Part shown: piece by piece, positions 45,423 through 54,862 of the stretch
Position numbering within the stretch: position 1 is the stretch's first letter
Layout of the letters: each line of letters starts with the position of its first letter
Assembly (NCBI GenBank): GCA_965262725.1
Contig: OZ253555.1
Span: 2,080,001-2,144,000 of the forward strand
Length of the DNA stretch: 64,000 nucleotides
Reading direction: 5' to 3'
Source of the DNA: Dehalococcoidia bacterium
GTDB taxonomy: Bacteria; Chloroflexota; Dehalococcoidia; UBA2979
Notes under the pieces: model-generated
Seen by the model: the letters and a program-made list of their open reading frames with translations, nothing else
Told to the model about the DNA's origin: nothing
Database searches by the model: none
Program-made: the position numbers and the translations under genes

Positions 45423-48069
45423 GCTCGGCAGGGTCCTTCGCTAGTGTCCGCTGTGGAGCAAGTTGAGGATGGCCGTCCCGACATCCTACGGGCGCGACTC
45501 CTATAGCTTGCCTCCGACTCGCGCTCCCCGGCACGTCGCCACAATTGCGATAAAGGCAACACCTGGCGCGAGGCCACGTGCAGGCCGCATCACGCCACGT
45601 TCGAACTCCACGCCAGGCCGCATGCGCGGGGCGCACAGCAGCCTGGACTGGCTCGCCCCGGCTGCCCAAGCCGGGGGCTGTGCGCCATCCTGAGCACCTA
45701 GCTCAGGATGGCAAAGCCCGCTACTCGGAAGGCGGCGGCGCGGGCGGGACCTCGATCTCGCCGCTGCGGAACCAGACGCCTTGCGGTAGTTCGGCCGGCA
45801 GCAACACGTGCGTCGGCGTGACGGCGTTGCCGTTGGCGTCGCGGAAGCCGAGCTCGATGCGCCCATCGGACAGGCGCCGTGCGCGAATCGTCCCGATCGC
45901 GCTCTCGTTCACCTCGACATCGCTGCTGACGTACCACTGGTCAACGGCGGTATCCACCGGCAGGAAGCGGACAGACGGCAAGACTTGCTGGCCGCTGGCG
46001 AGTTCCACGGCGTGCTCGACGCGGCCGTCCTCGCCCAGCCGGGCGAGGATGCGCAGCGCGTATGGCGATGGCGGTGGCGGTTCCGTCGCCGCGGGCAGTT
46101 CGGGCGCGATGAGCTGGTTGAGCTCTTGGCTACCGCCGAGCCCCAGGCGTCTGAGGAACCGGGAGTTCACCGCATCGACGCCCGCCGCCGTGCAGAGCGT
46201 CGCGTCGGTCGCCAGGCCGTGGGTCGGCAGCGCCGCGCGGAGCTCCGCGTCGAGCTCGAGCAGCCCGTCGCCGTTCTCCACACCAGCCGCTATGAGGGCA
46301 TCGCCGAGCGACGCGTCGCGGCAGGAGGCCATCCGCGCGAGGTCGGCGACCATCGCGCTGACCACGGGATCCTGCCATCCCATCTCGGCGTCGCGGGCGG
46401 CCCGCACGATCTCTCCGGCCGTGATTGCCGGCGCGAGGACGCGCTCGGCGTAGGCGAGCTCGGACTGGAGCGCGAACGCCTCCGCGAAGGAGAGCGCCTC
46501 GCCGTCCGCGACCCGCTCCTGGAGCGCCCTCCAGGAGGCGGCCAACGACCCGTACCGCGCTGCCGCCGTCTCGGCCGTCCCGAGGGTCAGATCCTCGACG
46601 GCGACAGGGCTGATTGCCTCGCCCGAGGCCAGCGCTTCGACCAGCCCGGATCCTGCGATCGCGCTCGCGTACTGCTCCGCGATCGCCCTGGTCAGGGTGG
46701 TCGACGAAGCGTTCTCGAGGCCAGCGGACATCGGCTCGGCCGCGATCGGCAGCGCACCGAGGACCGACTGCTCGAAGATGCCGTCGAGCACCAGGGAGCG
46801 CACGCCTGCCGCGTAGATGGCTCTGGCCCGCAGTGCCTCGTCGATGTCCGCCCCGGGATCGGCGAGCGATGTCACGGAGGTCGTGACGAGCCCCTCTTCG
46901 TCGGCTGAGGCCGTGACCTCGTAGGCCGCACCGTCAACGGTGGCGGCGACCGGGCCGAAGGTCGGGCCGCCCAGCACCATCAGGTTCCGCCAGATGCCGT
47001 GGAACGCGATCTCCTCGCCGGCTTCGTCGAAAGCGATGACCGCGACGAACACCCACGAAGGGCCGGGTTCGCTGAGTGTGACCGCAAACGGCGCCACCCT
47101 GGCGGTCGCGATACTCGTCGCGCTCGCTGTCTGAGCGCCGGAATGATAGGAGACGCCTGCCCGCCACAGCTCCGGCGTCGCGATGATCCGCTCGAACACA
47201 CGAGGCGCCACCACGTACAACACGACGTTGCCGGCGGCGTCAGACAGGTCGCCGCCGCCCGGATTGCCGGTGCGGTAGTGAACGGCGAAGGGCTCGCCCG
47301 CGACCACCTCGTCGGGGGCGTGGGTCGCCTCGATCTTGAGCTGGAAGCGGCCCTGCCGCGCCTCCTCATCCACCAGGTGGACCACGAGGTCGAAGTCAGC
47401 CGTCAGAGGCTGGAGGTCGCGCTGCAGATACGTCGTCGCCTCGATCAGGTAGATACCCGCCGCCAGGTATTGTTCGATGCGTGAGTTGCGGCGGCCGCCA
47501 CCGTCGTCGTTGGCGCCGATGAAGTTCCCATCGGACGAGGCCAGAGAGAGGACCGGGTCGCCGTCGACCGACGTCAGGTCGATGAGCACGCGACCCTCGT
47601 GCGGCAGGTTGAAGGAGTAGGCATAGGCGGGGTGTTCCGCGACCACGCGTGAGCCGCACGTGTCGATCGTCCAGGTGCCGGATGCAGTGAGGTCGATACC
47701 CGGCTCGAGTGTGCCCAGATGTGCCGGCTCGCAACCGGTGACGTGCTCAACGGAAAGCCTGAAGTCCGCCGCGCCGCGTCCGCGTCCGCCGACCGTCGTG
47801 GCCTCGACGAGGTAGATGCCCGCCGCCAGCTCGCGCTCGATGCGCGCGTTGAGGTTGGCGCCGCCGTCGTCGTTGTCCGTGATGCGGGTCCCGTCCTCAT
47901 TCAGGAGGTAGAGGTAGGAATCACCGTCGGTCGACCTCAGGTCGATTCTGATCCGGTCACCCTCGGCGAGTTGGAATCGGTACGTGTGCGCATCGCTGTC
48001 AATGCGAAGGGGACTATATACAATGATGCCCCGGAGTGATAGAATAGGAGTGAAGCGAGGGGAGGGGCA

Positions 48070-49017
48070 ATGGCACGGAAGGCACCGGGACAGCACCGGC
48101 GCGCGGGGATCACCTACGTCTCCCTGGCCAAGATGTTCCCCGACGATGCCGCCGCGGAGAGCTGGTTCGTCGAGGAGCGCTGGCCGAACGGCGTTGCCTG
48201 CCCCAACGACGGCTCACTCAACGTGTTTGCCGGCTCCAAGCACAAGACCATGCCCATGCGCTGCCGCGACTGCCGGAAGCGCTTCAGCGTCCGCACCGGC
48301 ACCGTCATGGAGTCCTCCAACCTCGGCTACCAGACCTGGGCGATCGCCATCTACCTGCTCACCACGTCGCTCAAGGGCGTCTCTTCGATGAAGTTGCACC
48401 GGGATCTCGGCATCACGCAGAAGAGCGCGTGGCACCTGGCCCACCGCATCCGCGAGTCCTTCGATTCGTACGGCGCCGGCTCACCGCTCGACGGCCCGGT
48501 CGAGGTCGACGAGACGTTCGTGGGCGGCCTCGAGAAGAACAAGCACGAGCACAAGCGCCAGCACCAGCGTGGTGGCCCTGCGGGCAAGGCCCCTGTCCTC
48601 GGGATCAGGGACCGCACGAGCGGCGAGGTTCGCGCCCGCGCCGTCTCGCAGACGGACGGCGACACACTGCGCGGATTCGTCCGTGAGAACACCCGTCCGG
48701 GGTCGCAGGTCTACTCGGACGGCCACAGCGCCTACGTCCCGCTTGAGGGCGAGTACAAGCACGACGCCGTCCAGCACTCGGTTGGGACGTACGTGATCGG
48801 GGATGCCCACACCAACGGTATCGAGAGCTTCTGGTCGATGCTGAAGCGCGGCTACGTCGGGACGTATCACTTCATGAGTCCGAAGCACCTCGACCGTTAC
48901 GTGCGGGAGTTCTCAGGCCGTCACAACCAGCGCCCGCTCGACACGATCGACCAGATGCGGGCGGTCTGGCGCGGCATGGTGGGGCGAAGGTTGCGCTACG
49001 ACGAACTCACGGGGTAG
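48070..49017 (+). CDS. IS1595-family transposase
   Basis: ERWPNGVACP zinc finger, GVSSMKLHRDL HTH, VEVDETFVGG, YSDGH, HTNGIESFWSMLKRG. Confidence 0.95.
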   Translation: MARKAPGQHRRAGITYVSLAKMFPDDAAAESWFVEERWPNGVACPNDGSLNVFAGSKHKTMPMRCRDCRKRFSVRTGTVMESSNLGYQTWAIAIYLLTTSLKGVSSMKLHRDLGITQKSAWHLAHRIRESFDSYGAGSPLDGPVEVDETFVGGLEKNKHEHKRQHQRGGPAGKAPVLGIRDRTSGEVRARAVSQTDGDTLRGFVRENTRPGSQVYSDGHSAYVPLEGEYKHDAVQHSVGTYVIGDAHTNGIESFWSMLKRGYVGTYHFMSPKHLDRYVREFSGRHNQRPLDTIDQMRAVWRGMVGRRLRYDELTG

Positions 49018-49033
49018 GAGTTACACAAAATAG

Positions 49034-49276
49034 CTAGGGGGCGGTCCATATCCGTAACAGCATCATCGTTGCCATCACGATGGTCGTGATCGAAGGGACC
49101 GCGACGGCGACCACCAGCCAGCGCGCCATGCTGAACTGACCCTCGATGTTTGCGATTTTGGTCGTTAGTGCTCCCTCGGTTTTGGCAAGGGCAGTTTGCG
49201 TCGCGAAGTAACGGCGGACCTCATCGGCGGCGATATAGCCCATGGCTTTGCCGTTGCCGTCCGGCGCGTCTGTCAT
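49034..49276 (-). CDS. Small coiled-coil protein with C-terminal TM helix (passenger)
   Basis: FATQTALAKTEGAL..WLVVAVAV; ATGA-coupled to the upstream gene. Confidence 0.6.
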   Translation of the reverse strand: MTDAPDGNGKAMGYIAADEVRRYFATQTALAKTEGALTTKIANIEGQFSMARWLVVAVAVPSITTIVMATMMLLRIWTAP

Positions 49277-49551
49277 ACCCGGACTCCTTCGATCGCGCGC
49301 AGCCACGCCCATATGCGTGTCCAAGTAGAGCCAGCGATCGGAGCCCTTACGTTTAGGACAAGCACAGGCGATCCGTTGCCTAGACGTGCAACTACATCAG
49401 CGACTTCTAGGTCGTCACCGTGGACGAAGAACACATCATCCGTGAACCGGATGTGGTCATCACCGGGGAATGCCTGAGCGATCTGCTCCCGGATCTGCTG
49501 GTTTGCGTCGGACTCATCATCGTGTAGAAGCACCACATAGGAGTTGATCAT
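49273..49551 (-). CDS. Small alpha/beta protein, possibly ferredoxin-like fold (passenger)
   Basis: MINSYVVLL..VFFVH..VLVLNV..AG..IWAWL pattern. Confidence 0.65.
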   Translation of the reverse strand: MINSYVVLLHDDESDANQQIREQIAQAFPGDDHIRFTDDVFFVHGDDLEVADVVARLGNGSPVLVLNVRAPIAGSTWTRIWAWLRAIEGVRV

Positions 49552-49705
49552 GGTCGCTCTCTCTTGGTTAGGCACGAGCATTCTCCCTGTGCCGCGGTGC
49601 GGGCGGGATTGTAGCAGGCGCCGTACCCCGCGACGACACCGATCACGCGCCTCAATCGATCCGAAGCGCTGCGCGAGTGTGCGGATGCGCATTCTGCACC
49701 ACGAT

Positions 49706-50161
49706 CTACCGCCAGCCGAGGAGGTCAGAGCATTCCGCCGACTGAGTACCGAAATCCAACTCCCCGCCGCCGTTGTAGTAAGAGGCAGCGTACAGACCGA
49801 CCTGCTCCGCTGCCCCTCTCGTGTAGGTGCCTTCCGACACTACCTGGGCGATCCCGCCGCTGACAGCGGTGATCGACAGTCGATAGCCGGTCCCCTGCTC
49901 GAAGCACGAGCCGTACAGCTCGGCACCCTCGGATGGCACGGCGACCTGCACGACGGTGTCGATGCCGGTGACGGTGACGGACTCGACGGGATTGGCGACG
50001 GTCACGGTCTCGACCGGGTTCGCGATGGTCACCGTGTCGACCGGGTTTGCCACCGTGACCGTCTTGTCCATGACAGACACAAGGATCATCCCCGTCAGGG
50101 CCAACTGGACCGCAACTGCCAGAGCAGCGAGCCCGAACAATATGCTTCTGGCTGTCGGCAT
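49706..50161 (-). CDS. Membrane-anchored exported protein with VTVANPVE-type repeats (passenger)
   Basis: RBS GAGGAGG; N-terminal TM helix; four 9-aa repeats; Cys pair. Confidence 0.75.
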   Translation of the reverse strand: MPTARSILFGLAALAVAVQLALTGMILVSVMDKTVTVANPVDTVTIANPVETVTVANPVESVTVTGIDTVVQVAVPSEGAELYGSCFEQGTGYRLSITAVSGGIAQVVSEGTYTRGAAEQVGLYAASYYNGGGELDFGTQSAECSDLLGWR

Positions 50162-50321
50162 GGGAGCCTCCTCGCGGAGCAGTCGGGAGTTGACCGCTCT
50201 GGGCAGAAGGGCCACACCAGCACCATCCCGCGAGAAGGCACGAGGTCCTCCCGGGCTGCTGAACGGCACGGGTGTTGCGGCTCTGCCCAGAGCTCGCCGG
50301 TAGCCTTGGCGGTGTGCCCGC

Positions 50322-50378
50322 CGTTTGTCAAGGCGGCGACGCCGCCATTGGACAAACGCCCTAGACGACCGCTAATCT
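50322..50378. promoter_or_regulatory. Back-to-back promoters inside a palindrome
   Basis: TTGACA on minus (50331-50326); TGGACA..TAATCT on plus; arms CGTTTGTC/GACAAACG enclose GGCGGCG/CGCCGCC. Confidence 0.55.
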
Positions 50379-50388
50379 GCCCTCCGTA

Positions 50389-50516
50389 AGCTCTCCGCAA
50401 AGAGCTCGGACACCGGCGCGAACGAAAGCGAGCAGGGGCCTTCGTGCCTCCTTGCGGCTCGTGTCGGTGCGGCCCCTTTGCGGAGAGCGGTCTACCCCGC
50501 TTGCGCCGCAAGGGGG
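50389..50516 (+). ncRNA. Candidate structured RNA / attenuator
   Basis: 13-bp perfect IR GCTCTCCGCAAAG (50390-50402) / CTTTGCGGAGAGC (50476-50488) with internal stems; alternative hairpin AGCTCT-CCGCAA-AGAGCT. Confidence 0.5.
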
Positions 50517-50574
50517 CTCCACGTGACCCCTCCCGGCTGCGCGCTGCCGACGCCCGCGAAGGAAGGTGATTCAA

Positions 50575-50748
50575 ATGGAAGTGCTCCTGATTCTCGCGGT
50601 CTTGTGGGGGCTGCCCGTGGTGATCATCGGACTGATGGCCGACAGCCGCGGCCGCTCGCTGGCGTGGGTGATCTGGCCGCTTATGCTCGGCTGGATCGGC
50701 TGGGTTGTCGCCTTCCTGGCGCTGGTGAACCAGCCGAAGACGAAGTAG
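50575..50748 (+). CDS. Small two-TM membrane protein (passenger)
   Basis: RBS AGGAAGGTGA; MADSRGRSLAW loop between hydrophobic helices. Confidence 0.7.
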   Translation: MEVLLILAVLWGLPVVIIGLMADSRGRSLAWVIWPLMLGWIGWVVAFLALVNQPKTK

Positions 50749-50839
50749 GTCGCGCCCCCACAGGTTTACGCTGACGCTCACTGGACAACCGCCATGGGGG
50801 ACGCCACACTTTCTGAGTGAAGGGCGGGAGGAGCACCCC

Positions 50840-50965
50840 ATGGGTAACGAGAAGGATCTGCGGATTCCGACGACGCCGAAGGAGCTGGCGAAGGCGATTC
50901 TGAGCACGCCTCCGAAGCGCCGCTATCCACGGGGAGCACCACCACCCGCTTCCGTCACCAGGTAG
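50840..50965 (+). CDS. 41-aa basic peptide (passenger)
   Basis: Strong RBS GGAGGAG; MGNEKDLRIPTTPKELAKAILSTPPKRR.. Confidence 0.5.
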   Translation: MGNEKDLRIPTTPKELAKAILSTPPKRRYPRGAPPPASVTR

Positions 50966-50969
50966 GAGG

Positions 50970-51046
50970 TGGCGCCGGGGAAGGGTCTCGAACCCTCGTC
51001 TTCCCGATTAACAATCGGGCGCTCTCACCTACTGAGCTACCCCGGC
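50970..51046 (-). tRNA. tRNA-Asn (GTT), CCA-encoded, inside the IS1595 element
   Basis: Full cloverleaf: GCCGGGG TA GCTC AGTAGGTGA GAGC G CCCGA TTGTTAA TCGGG AAGAC GAGGG TTCGAGA CCCTT CCCCGGC G CCA. Confidence 0.92.
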
Positions 51047-51819
51047 ACCATCAGCGGGTCGCCTCCATCCCATGTGGGGGCGACCCCTCCTACCTTACTC
51101 CTCTCGGCCGGTCCCGGGGCACTACCCTATATACTCCCCAATGCGAAAGCGCGAGTCGCAGTCTTCAGTCGTCCAGCGGCCGTCTGTCGTCAGCTTGCTG
51201 TCCGCTTCCGCGCTGAGCGTCCCGAGGTCGATGACCTCGCAGGCAGACTCATCTTGCCCCCACGCGATGCTGGGCCCCTCCAGGGCCAGCAAACCGACGA
51301 TCACGGCGGCGGCGGCGCACGTCATGATCAGCGCGTGCACGCCGAGCCTCAGTGGGAGCAGAGCGGTTCGCATGATGGGCTACTTCGCGCGCGCGTGAAG
51401 CGCGGCATACGATCGTGGTCTGCGGGGACGATGCGCAGATGTTCGCAGCGCGCATGGTACGACGCCAGCGCGAAGCCGCCACCGACCGACCCGGCAGCTA
51501 TCCCATGGACTTCGCAGGGGAACACCCTCACGACGCCAACCTCGTGGTCCGATCAAGCATGGCCGAGGCGGCAACGCCCAGTCCCGCGGACTTCGTGGGG
51601 CTCACCGAAGACGGCCAACGGCAGTTTGACTGCCTGACCGAGTAGCAACTCGTGCGACTTCAGGAGCGCGGGGTGGCGCCGCTCTCGGCGCCGTAGCGGC
51701 ACCCCGTGCGCAGAGCGCGGGACGATCAGCGCCGCTGGGGCCTCGACGGTGCTATGACGGTGCGGTGAGATCCTGAGAGGGACGTCGGCGTCGCGCACGG
51801 CGTAGTTGGGGGGTAGAGG

Positions 51820-52248
51820 GTGACTGAGTACGTGCCGAGCCCGGCGGAGTGGGTCAGGGACCACGTGGAGCTCTACGAGGGCAGCGACGGTGCCGAAGGC
51901 GCGGAGATGCGCGGGATGCCGGTCGTGATCGTGACCCACCGCGGGCGCAGGACGGGCGCGATCCGTAAGACACCCCTGATGCGCGTGGCCGATGGTGACG
52001 GCTACGTGCTCGTGGGGTCGCTGGGCGGGGCGCCGAAGAACCCCGTGTGGGTTCACAACCTCCTCGAGGAGCCGAACATCGAGCTCCGTGACCGCGTCGC
52101 AGTCCACGCGATGCGGGCGCGGCTGGTCGAGGATGTCAGCGAGCGAGAGCGGCTCTGGCGTCTCGCGGTTGAGGCCTACCCTGACTACGAGGAGTACCAG
52201 GAGCGCACCGAGCGCGTGATCCCGCTCTTCCGCGCCGAGCCCGCCTAG
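51820..52248 (+). CDS. F420H2-dependent (deazaflavin) nitroreductase, Ddn-like
   Basis: GRRTGAIRKTPL, SLGGAPKNPVWVHNL, YPDYEEYQERTERVIP. Confidence 0.93.
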   Translation: MTEYVPSPAEWVRDHVELYEGSDGAEGAEMRGMPVVIVTHRGRRTGAIRKTPLMRVADGDGYVLVGSLGGAPKNPVWVHNLLEEPNIELRDRVAVHAMRARLVEDVSERERLWRLAVEAYPDYEEYQERTERVIPLFRAEPA

Positions 52249-52391
52249 CCTTCTTTCCCTCGTCGCGCCGGCGATCGCGCGTGTCGGGGTGCGAGCGTGC
52301 GCGTCGCGCACGGGGTCTGCTGGTCCGCGTCGCGCCCTGACCGAACGATGAGCGTGTGTCGGCAGAGCTCCGGCGATGCCGGTCTCCGCTG

Positions 52392-53327
52392 TCAGTGCGA
52401 GGGTCGCGGACGCCCTTCACCTCCGATCCCGGCTCCCAGCGGGGCGTCATGCATGTGTCCGGACGCCGGGCCCTCCGGCTGGATCGTGACGTGGTTGAGG
52501 TCAAAGCGATCGCGCAGCAGCGAGGTGGCGGCGTCGATCGCGGCCAGGGGCTCGGCGTCCGGTTCCAGTTCCAGGTGGCAGGCGAACGAGACGAAACTCC
52601 CCGAGATCGTCCAGCAGTGCATGTCGTGCGCCCGACGCACGCTCGGGAGCGTCGCCAGGCTCTCCTGCACGTCCCGCAGGTCGACTCCCGGCGGAGAGCG
52701 TTCCATCAGCACGTGGAGGGTCTCACGCAGTAGCCGGAGAGCGGTGACGCCGATCAGACCCACGATCAGCAGCGATAGCAGGGCGTCGGCCCGCTCCCAG
52801 CCCGTCAGGGCGATGACGAGTCCGGCTGTGATCGCCGCCACCGAGCCGCCGAGATCGGCGAGCACGTGGAGCCGCGCCGCCCGCAGGTTGACGGAGAGCC
52901 GCCGCTCGGAGGCTCCCTTGTTCAGCACGAAGAGCACGGCCAGATTCGCCGCCAGGCCGAGCGCGGCGATCGCCGCCAGTCCCGCCCCGTCGACGGTGCT
53001 GGGCTCCTGCAGCCGCTCGACGCCGCGCCACACCACGAAGGCGCCGAGCAGCAGGATCCCGACGGCGTTCCCGGTGGCGGCCAGCACCTCGGCGCGATGC
53101 AGGCCGAACGTGGAACTCCAGGTGTGCGCGCGGCCGGCAAGCCACACCGCCCCCAGCGCGATCACGAGGGCAGCGACATCGGAGAGCATGTGACCCGCGT
53201 CGGCGAGGAGCGCGAGAGACCCCGTCCACGCCGCCCCCCAGAGCTCGACGGCGAGCGCCGTCACCGTGATCGACAGCGCGAGCAGCAACCGTGCCCGCGC
53301 CGACACGTCCGTCTCGTGGCCATGCAC
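52392..53327 (-). CDS. Cation diffusion facilitator (CzcD/ZitB-like)
   Basis: SLALLADAGHMLSD, NLRAARLHVLAD, HDMHCWTI, HVTIQPE. Confidence 0.93.
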   Translation of the reverse strand: MHGHETDVSARARLLLALSITVTALAVELWGAAWTGSLALLADAGHMLSDVAALVIALGAVWLAGRAHTWSSTFGLHRAEVLAATGNAVGILLLGAFVVWRGVERLQEPSTVDGAGLAAIAALGLAANLAVLFVLNKGASERRLSVNLRAARLHVLADLGGSVAAITAGLVIALTGWERADALLSLLIVGLIGVTALRLLRETLHVLMERSPPGVDLRDVQESLATLPSVRRAHDMHCWTISGSFVSFACHLELEPDAEPLAAIDAATSLLRDRFDLNHVTIQPEGPASGHMHDAPLGAGIGGEGRPRPSH

Positions 53328-53559
53328 GGCTAGGACCCGCCTGCCGGGGCTTCCGCGGGTCGGCCGCGCGCGAGGAGCCTGAGGCGCCGCGTCGGGGAAG
53401 TCTCGCTCACGGTTGAGAGCCTCCTCGCCCCCGCGGTCGGTACGCGCCTCTCACCGCCCCGTGGCTGGCCGGAGCGCCTCAAGGTCCACGCGGCTGACAG
53501 TGAACCGTCGCTCGCGGACAATCGGGGATAGTGTCCCATGAGCGGACGGCAGGAGCGCC

Positions 53560-54570
53560 GTGATCGCGAACATCGCCACCGTGCTTCGTCGGGCCGCGCT
53601 GCGGAGGCCGGCCCGCGCCGTTTTCGGCCTCCTGCTCGCGACGAGCGTCGCGCTCGCCTTCGCGGCATGCGGGAGCGGTGACAGCACCCCGGCCGGAGAC
53701 GCGGACTGGTCGGGCCCGATCGAGTTTCGCCAGGGTCAGCCGGTGACCGCGACGCTCGTCAACAGCCGTCTCGCGGTCGGCACGAGCCGTCTCGCCTTCG
53801 GCCTCTTCGGGGACGACGGCTCGATGATCCACGACGCGACCGCCGCCGATCTCCGCCTCTACGCTATCGACGAGGACGACCGCGCGACCCTCGCCCTCGA
53901 AGCGGCGCTCCGGCCCTCGGCCCTCGTCCAACAGTTCGATCATCGCCATGAGGACGGCTCGATACACGTGCATGAGAACGCCCTCATCACGGTCTGGCGC
54001 GAGACCGTCGACGTGACGCAGGAGGGCTGGTGGGGCGCTGAGCTCGCCGTCACGCTGGACGGGGAGAGGCACGAGGGCCTTCGGATCCGCTTCTTCGTGG
54101 TCGAGGATGCTGCGGAGCCCGCGGTCGGCGACGCGGCACCGGCAACGCGCCAGCGCACGCTCGCCGGCGGCGACGGCATCGACTCTCTCTCGACGGCGCA
54201 GCCCCCGAACCCGGAGATGCACGAGCTGACCGTGGCGGAGGCGCTCACGCTCGGGCGGCCGCTCGTGATCGCCTTCGCGACCCCCGCGTTCTGCCGCACG
54301 CGCTACTGCGGGCCGGTGCTGGAGAAGGTCGTCGCACCCATCGCGGAGCGCTACGCCGGGCGTGTCGAGTTCCTGCACATCGAGCCGTACGAGCTCGCTC
54401 GCCTTCGCGACGAGGGCGTCTTCGTCCTTGTGCCGGCGATGGAGGAGTGGGGACTCTCGACCGAGCCCTGGGTCTTCGTGGTCGATGCAGAGGGTCGGGT
54501 CGCCGCGAAGTTCGAGGGCGTACTCTCCGAGGAGGAGCTCATCGAGGTGCTCGACAGGCTCGGCGCCTAA
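53560..54570 (+). CDS. Thioredoxin-fold lipoprotein
   Basis: Lipobox FAAC; FATPAFCRTRYCGP; FLHIEPY; TEPWVFVVD; His-rich loop. Confidence 0.8.
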   Translation: MIANIATVLRRAALRRPARAVFGLLLATSVALAFAACGSGDSTPAGDADWSGPIEFRQGQPVTATLVNSRLAVGTSRLAFGLFGDDGSMIHDATAADLRLYAIDEDDRATLALEAALRPSALVQQFDHRHEDGSIHVHENALITVWRETVDVTQEGWWGAELAVTLDGERHEGLRIRFFVVEDAAEPAVGDAAPATRQRTLAGGDGIDSLSTAQPPNPEMHELTVAEALTLGRPLVIAFATPAFCRTRYCGPVLEKVVAPIAERYAGRVEFLHIEPYELARLRDEGVFVLVPAMEEWGLSTEPWVFVVDAEGRVAAKFEGVLSEEELIEVLDRLGA

Positions 54571-54824
54571 CGCGTCGACCAGGGCCGGCCCGTCATCATC
54601 AGCAGCTCGCCGAAGAACTCGTCCACCGGCGCGTCGAGGCCATCGGCCGTGGGCTCGCGCTCCGCGACCGCGAGGCCTTCGCGGATGACCCACCGCGTTC
54701 CGGCGGGCGGTGGGGGCGTCGCGTCCCGATTCGAGCGGTGCTCGCAGTCGGGCCAGTAGCAGCCGTGCGGGCAGAAGTCGCTCGCGCCGTTGCTCCGGCC
54801 ACACGCTGTCGGCGCTGACTCCAT
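54567..54824 (-). CDS. Small Cys-rich hypothetical protein
   Basis: CPHGCYWPDCEH motif; fills the gap downstream of the nuclease gene. Confidence 0.35.
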   Translation of the reverse strand: MESAPTACGRSNGASDFCPHGCYWPDCEHRSNRDATPPPPAGTRWVIREGLAVAEREPTADGLDAPVDEFFGELLMMTGRPWSTR

Positions 54825-54862
54825 GCTCGGCCGGGGATTCCCGAGAGAGCCGGCGGAGTGCA

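Larger units (their letters stand above)
48009..51139 (+). mobile_element. IS1595-family transporter element with passenger genes and a tRNA
   Basis: TIR GGGGACTATATA / TATATACTCCCC; 8-bp TSD AATGCGAA at 48001-48008 and 51140-51147. Confidence 0.95.
45721..51373 (-). pseudogene. Secreted PPC-domain surface protein (837 aa when restored) split by the IS1595 transposon
   Basis: The 5' part with signal peptide (51373-51148) joins 48008-45721 in frame (..DCDSRFRIDSDAHTYRF..); two PPC repeats (DSYLYLL..NDDGG..NARI..GIYLVEAT). Confidence 0.9.

Noticed and set aside
50390-50488. Hairpin as a retron msr-msd, SRP or 6S RNA
   Set aside because: No reverse transcriptase in the window, no SRP helix-8 motif, and too short for 6S
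50970-51046. tRNA-Asn as a prophage or island attachment site
   Set aside because: No integrase nearby, no duplicated tRNA 3' end seen in the window, and the gene lies wholly within IS TIRs/TSD
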